Under the pieces are notes generated by a model, which did no database searches, was not told where the DNA came from, and saw nothing but the letters and a program-made list of their open reading frames with translations. Below are positions 59,731 to 64,000 of a DNA stretch of 64,000 nucleotides, piece by piece (position 1 is the first letter of the stretch; each line of letters begins with the position of its first letter). Made by a program: the position numbers and the translations under genes. This DNA is from Octopus sinensis (taxonomy: Eukaryota), in NCBI RefSeq assembly GCF_006345805.1, contig NC_043007.1:21018001-21082000 (forward strand), written 5' to 3'.

Positions 59731-60318
59731 TGTTCCTTCTCGAGCCATCCCTGGCTCATAAGGGCTGGTTTCCCGGTTTCCTTGGTGTATAGGTTCCCCA
59801 CCTGGACAGGACGCCTGTCCGTCGCAGGTGAGCTGCAAGATGCAGGAGGAAAAAGTGAGAGTAAGTTGTGGCGAAAGAGTCAGCAGAAGTTCACCATTAC
59901 CTTCTGCCGGAGCCGCGTGGAGCTTAGGTGTTTCGCTCATAAACACACACATCACCCTGTCTGAGATTTGAACCCGCGATCCCTCGACCACGAGTCTGCT
60001 GCTCTAACCACTAGGCCATGTTGTTCCTTCTCAAGCCACACCTAGCTCTTAAGAGCCAGTTTCCCGGTTTCTTTGGCGTATAGGTTCCCAACCTGGACGG
60101 GATACCGTCCATCGCAGGTGAACTGCAAGATACAGGAGAAAAGAGTGAGAGAAAGTTGTGGCAAAAGAGTCAGCAGAAGTTCACCATTACCCTCTGCGGG
60201 AGCCGTGTGGAGCTTAGGTGTTTCGCTCATAAACACATACATCGCCCTGTCTGAGATTTGAACCCGCAATCCCTCGACCGCAAGTCCACTGCTCTAACCA
60301 CTAGGTCATGTGCCTCCA
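59731..60318 (-). mobile_element. Head-to-tail tandem pair of family D SINEs (59731-60020, 60022-60318)
   Basis: Two ~290-bp similar units, each with a tRNA-like head on the minus strand. Confidence 0.85.
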
Positions 60319-60329
60319 CTCACTCTGTT

Positions 60330-60500
60330 AGTGTAGAACAGTTATTCATTTCTTGTCTGACATGTGTTGTCCATGTTTCACCTCCGTATAGAAGAGTTCT
60401 GTTGACATAAGCCAGATAAACTTTTGAGCTTGGAATTCATATAAAGTTTTTGCTTTTACAGATTCTGTTGTTGAGTTTAGTCACTGCAGGGGTTGTGTTT
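60330..60500 (-). pseudogene. Degenerate RTE-clade LINE ORF remnant
   Basis: Minus-strand KVYLAYVNRTLLYGGETWTTHVRQE resembles the LLYG.ETWT motif. Confidence 0.5.
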
Positions 60501-61062
60501 CCATTCCACACATTAAGCTCAACGGTTAGAGACAATTTTGTGGGTTGTGATAGGACCTAGATATGTGAAATTATCTTCCACTTTGTGTGTGGAGCTGTTG
60601 ATAGAAATGGGTTGATGGTTTGGACCAGATTGAATCATAACTTGTTTTCTTCTTTCTGATGATGGTTAGAGCAAACATTCTGCCTGTGGTAGAGGTAGAG
60701 GGTTTGCTGATGTGTGCTGTACTGAAGGCTACTAAATTTTGCAGCTAATAAGAGCTCCAGCTGCAAGAAGGACATATTTCCTCAGCAATACGACATCATG
60801 TCCTATTACCAGCTGCCACAAATTGGTGCCACTGTTCAAATGGCTGCATGCTACACATCAATACAACATATCAAATATGACATAACTGTATATCTGTATT
60901 TTACAAGAAACTAAGTTTAATTGGTCATTGTTGCTTAACTCCAGGTCTTCCCTAACCAATTAGAACTCTAATTAAAGGTATGTAGGATATATACAAAGGA
61001 TTCATGACCAGAGATTGAAACCGCAATCTTCATGCTTATTTCCATTGTCCTCACATTACTCT

Positions 61063-61412
61063 CTCTTTACTCTTTTACTTGTTTCAGTCATTTGACTGCG
61101 GCCATGCTGGAGCACCGACTTTAGTTGAGCAAATCGACCCCAGGACTTATTCTTTGTAAGCCTAGTACTTATTCTATTGGTCTCTTTTGCCTAACTGCTA
61201 AGTAACGGGGACATAAACACACCAGCATCGGTTGTCAAGCAATGCTTGGGGGACAAACACAGACACACAAACACATACACACACACATATATATATATAT
61301 ACATATATACGACAGGCTTCTTTCAGTTTCCGTCTACCAAATCCACTCACAAGGCATTGGTCAGCCCGAGGCTATAGCAGAAGACACTTGCCCAAGATGC
61401 CATGCAGTGGGA
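61063..61412 (-). mobile_element. Full SINE A
   Basis: Family A sequence. Confidence 0.9.
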
Positions 61413-61576
61413 CTGAACCCAGAACCATGTGGTTGATTAGCAAGCTACTTACCACACAGCCACTCCGGCGCCTGAGCATTTTTAAAATCTGTTAGTTTAA
61501 CTTATTAAACTTGCCGTCATTGTTGGCGGAGGTGAATGAATTCATCCCATTCAAATTTCAGTGAACTATTTCAGCT

Positions 61577-61801
61577 TTAACCCTTTCGTTACTCTATTTT
61601 GAGATGCTCTGTGTTTCTTTCAATTACTTTAAATATAACAAAGAATTTAGTAAAATAACTTGGTTATCATTCAGCTAGTGTTAGGAATATAAATTGTGAC
61701 GAAGGTTTGGTGGAAGATCTTAATTCAAAACTTATGAAAACAAGACATTTGTACCACAGAGCCAGAGCCGGTTTCAGCTGGGTTAGTAACAAAAGGGTTA
61801 A
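61577..61801. mobile_element. Full piggyBac-type (TTAA) MITE, 225 bp
   Basis: TTAA-CCCTTTCGTTACT...AGTAACAAAAGGG-TTAA. Confidence 0.8.
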
Positions 61802-62099
61802 CACAGGTATTTATTCACAACACCTGTAAAATAACATCAGCTCCTTCTGTGATTTCAGACACTTTACTGTCATTTTTAGCACCTAAGCTGAAGTTCAGTT
61901 TTCACACACACACACAAACAAAAAACAAACATATTTTGTGTGAGCCTTGCACCCTTTCTTTTCCTTGTTCCTACACACTTAGTGGCAAACTCCTATGAAG
62001 ACAGAACAAGGGATTTTCGATGCAAACAATCAATCAGCGCTCAACAAACCTTTGTGTTTTCTTCCAAATCATTGCTGTTGTGGTAACTACATAACTATT

Positions 62100-62310
62100 T
62101 TTTTTTGTTTCAGTCATTTGACTGTGGCCATGCTGGAGCACCGCCTTTAGTCAAGCAAATCAACCCCAGGACTTATTCTTTGTAAGCCTAGTACTTATTC
62201 TATCGGTCTCTCTCGCTGAACTGCTAATTGACTGGGATGTAAACACACCAGCATTGGTTGTCAAGCAATATTGGGGGGACAAATACAGACACACAAACAT
62301 ACATACATGC

Positions 62311-62351
<41 letters not shown>

Positions 62352-62825
62352 TATATACAATGAGCTTCTTTCAGTTTCCGTCTTCCAAATCCAGTCACAA
62401 GGCTTTGGTTGGCCCAAGGCTATAGTAGAAGACACTTGCCCAAGGTGCCACGCAGTGGGACTGAACCCGGAACCATGTGGTTGGTAAGCAAGCTACTTAC
62501 CACACAGCAACTCCTGCACCTATTGAATAAAATCTGTAATAAGCATAGCCTGTCTTTCCATTCATTTAGATAACGACACAATTAAACTGTCACCCCAATA
62601 CATACTCTTTTAGTTGTTTCAGTCATTTGACTGCGGCCATGCTGGAGCATCACCTTTTAGTCGAGCAAATTGACCCCAGGACTTTTTCTTTGTAAGCCCA
62701 GTACTTATTCTATTGGTCTCTTTTACCAAACCGCTAAGTTACGGGGGACGTAAACACACTAGTTGTCAAGTGATGTTGAGGGGACAAACACAGACAAACA
62801 AACATATACACACACACATACATAC

Positions 62826-62862
<37 letters not shown>

Positions 62863-63700
62863 CGATAGGCTTCTTTCAGTTTCCATCTACCAAATCCACT
62901 CACAAGGCTATAGTAGAAGACACTTGCCCAAGGTGCCACGCAGTGGGACTGAACCCGGAACCATGTGATTGGTAAGCAAGCTACTTACCACACAGCCACT
63001 CTTGCGCCTGTATTAAATATACATAAAATAGTCCAGCCAACGATGGAGCGTTTATGTAGCCGGTGGGCCTTTTAGAAATAGAAGCTAAATTCCAGCAAAT
63101 CACACCCTACTATCTTAAAACAAAAAGTGCACAGACAATTTAGTCCTAACTATACATATAAATAAATTTTTATAATGAGAGGTTTAAGGTTAGAATGCTT
63201 TTGATAATAAACTACTTGATAATATCTGACCTGGAACTAAAGAATAACTTTGAAATGTTAAATAATCAGAGAAGTATCACTAACTTACTTCACTCATTTC
63301 AGACATTTTGTATATAGGCGTAGGAGTGGCTGTGTGGTAAGTAGCTTGCTTACCAACCACATGGTTCCGGGTTCAGTCCCACTGCGTGGCACCTTGGGCA
63401 AGTGTCTTCTACTATAGCCCCGGGCCTACCAAGGCCTTGTGAGTGGATTTGGTAGACGGAAACTGAAAGAAGCCCGTCATATATATGTATATATATATAT
63501 ATGTGTGTGTGTATGTGTGTGCATATGCTTGACAACCGGTGCTGGTGTGTTTACGTCCCCGAAACTTAGCAGTTCTGCAAAAAGTGACCGATAGAATAAG
63601 TACTAGGCTTACAAAGAATAAGCCCTGGGGTCGATTTGCTCGACTAAAAGCAGTGCTCCAGCATGGCCACAGTCAAATGACTGAAACAAGTAAAAGAGTA
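62100..63700. mobile_element. SINE A cluster: 62100-62521 (-), 62606-63009 (-), 63317-63700 (+)
   Basis: Family A sequence. Confidence 0.9.
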
Positions 63701-63963
63701 AACTATTTTCTGGTTGCTATTATTATGCACCTGTTAATCTTCAATTCTTTTTGATTTCGACTTCAATTTTTTTCCCTTCGTCTCAGTAAAGGTAATTTTT
63801 ACCATTTCTCTTTTTTCTTTTTAATTTTTTTCAATTGTGTTCTCTGTTTTGTCCAATTTTCTAATTTAATTTTGTAAGACTATTGAGCCTTATCGAAATA
63901 AAATTTAAAATTTTTTCCGTCTTGAAGAATATAGTACAATAAATTGTCATTATTTAACTAATT

Positions 63964-64000
63964 TAAGGCGGTGAGCTGGATGAATTGTTAGCACGCTGGG
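63964..64000 (+). mobile_element. SINE B-type head truncated by the window end
   Basis: aaggcggtgagctgg...gttagcacgctggg. Confidence 0.7.

Overview
AT-rich, microsatellite-laden animal genomic DNA. The repeat families are recognisable to me as octopus-type, which is pattern recognition and not a database result. There is one protein-coding locus, a class-II DYRK kinase (DYRK2/3 orthologue) on the minus strand at about 7.8-12.6 kb. The intronless kinase frame (7808-10252) has no ATG until 9214. It overlaps by about 320 nt, in the -1 frame, with an ATG-initiated 906-codon low-complexity ORF (9928-12648). An in-phase G_GUU_UUC heptamer lies in the overlap. The join could be an assembly indel, a frameshift allele, a -1 programmed frameshift or a 647-nt exitron, and sequence alone cannot decide. 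The rest of the window is transposon debris: tRNA-derived SINEs (my labels A, B, D), RTE-LINE 3' ends, a young 5'-truncated Tx1/L1 LINE with a 15-bp TSD in an (ATCT)n site, mariner and RTE remnants, TTAA piggyBac-type MITEs, and Penelope-like fold-back remnants with minimal hammerhead ribozyme motifs. Notable structures are a 9-unit array of the RTE 3'-terminal palindrome with variable (ATT)n spacers, a SINE D-SINE B dimer under one 17-bp TSD, and several long inverted repeats. No rRNA, genuine tRNA or CRISPR was found. Repeat coordinates are read by eye and may be off by a few bases.
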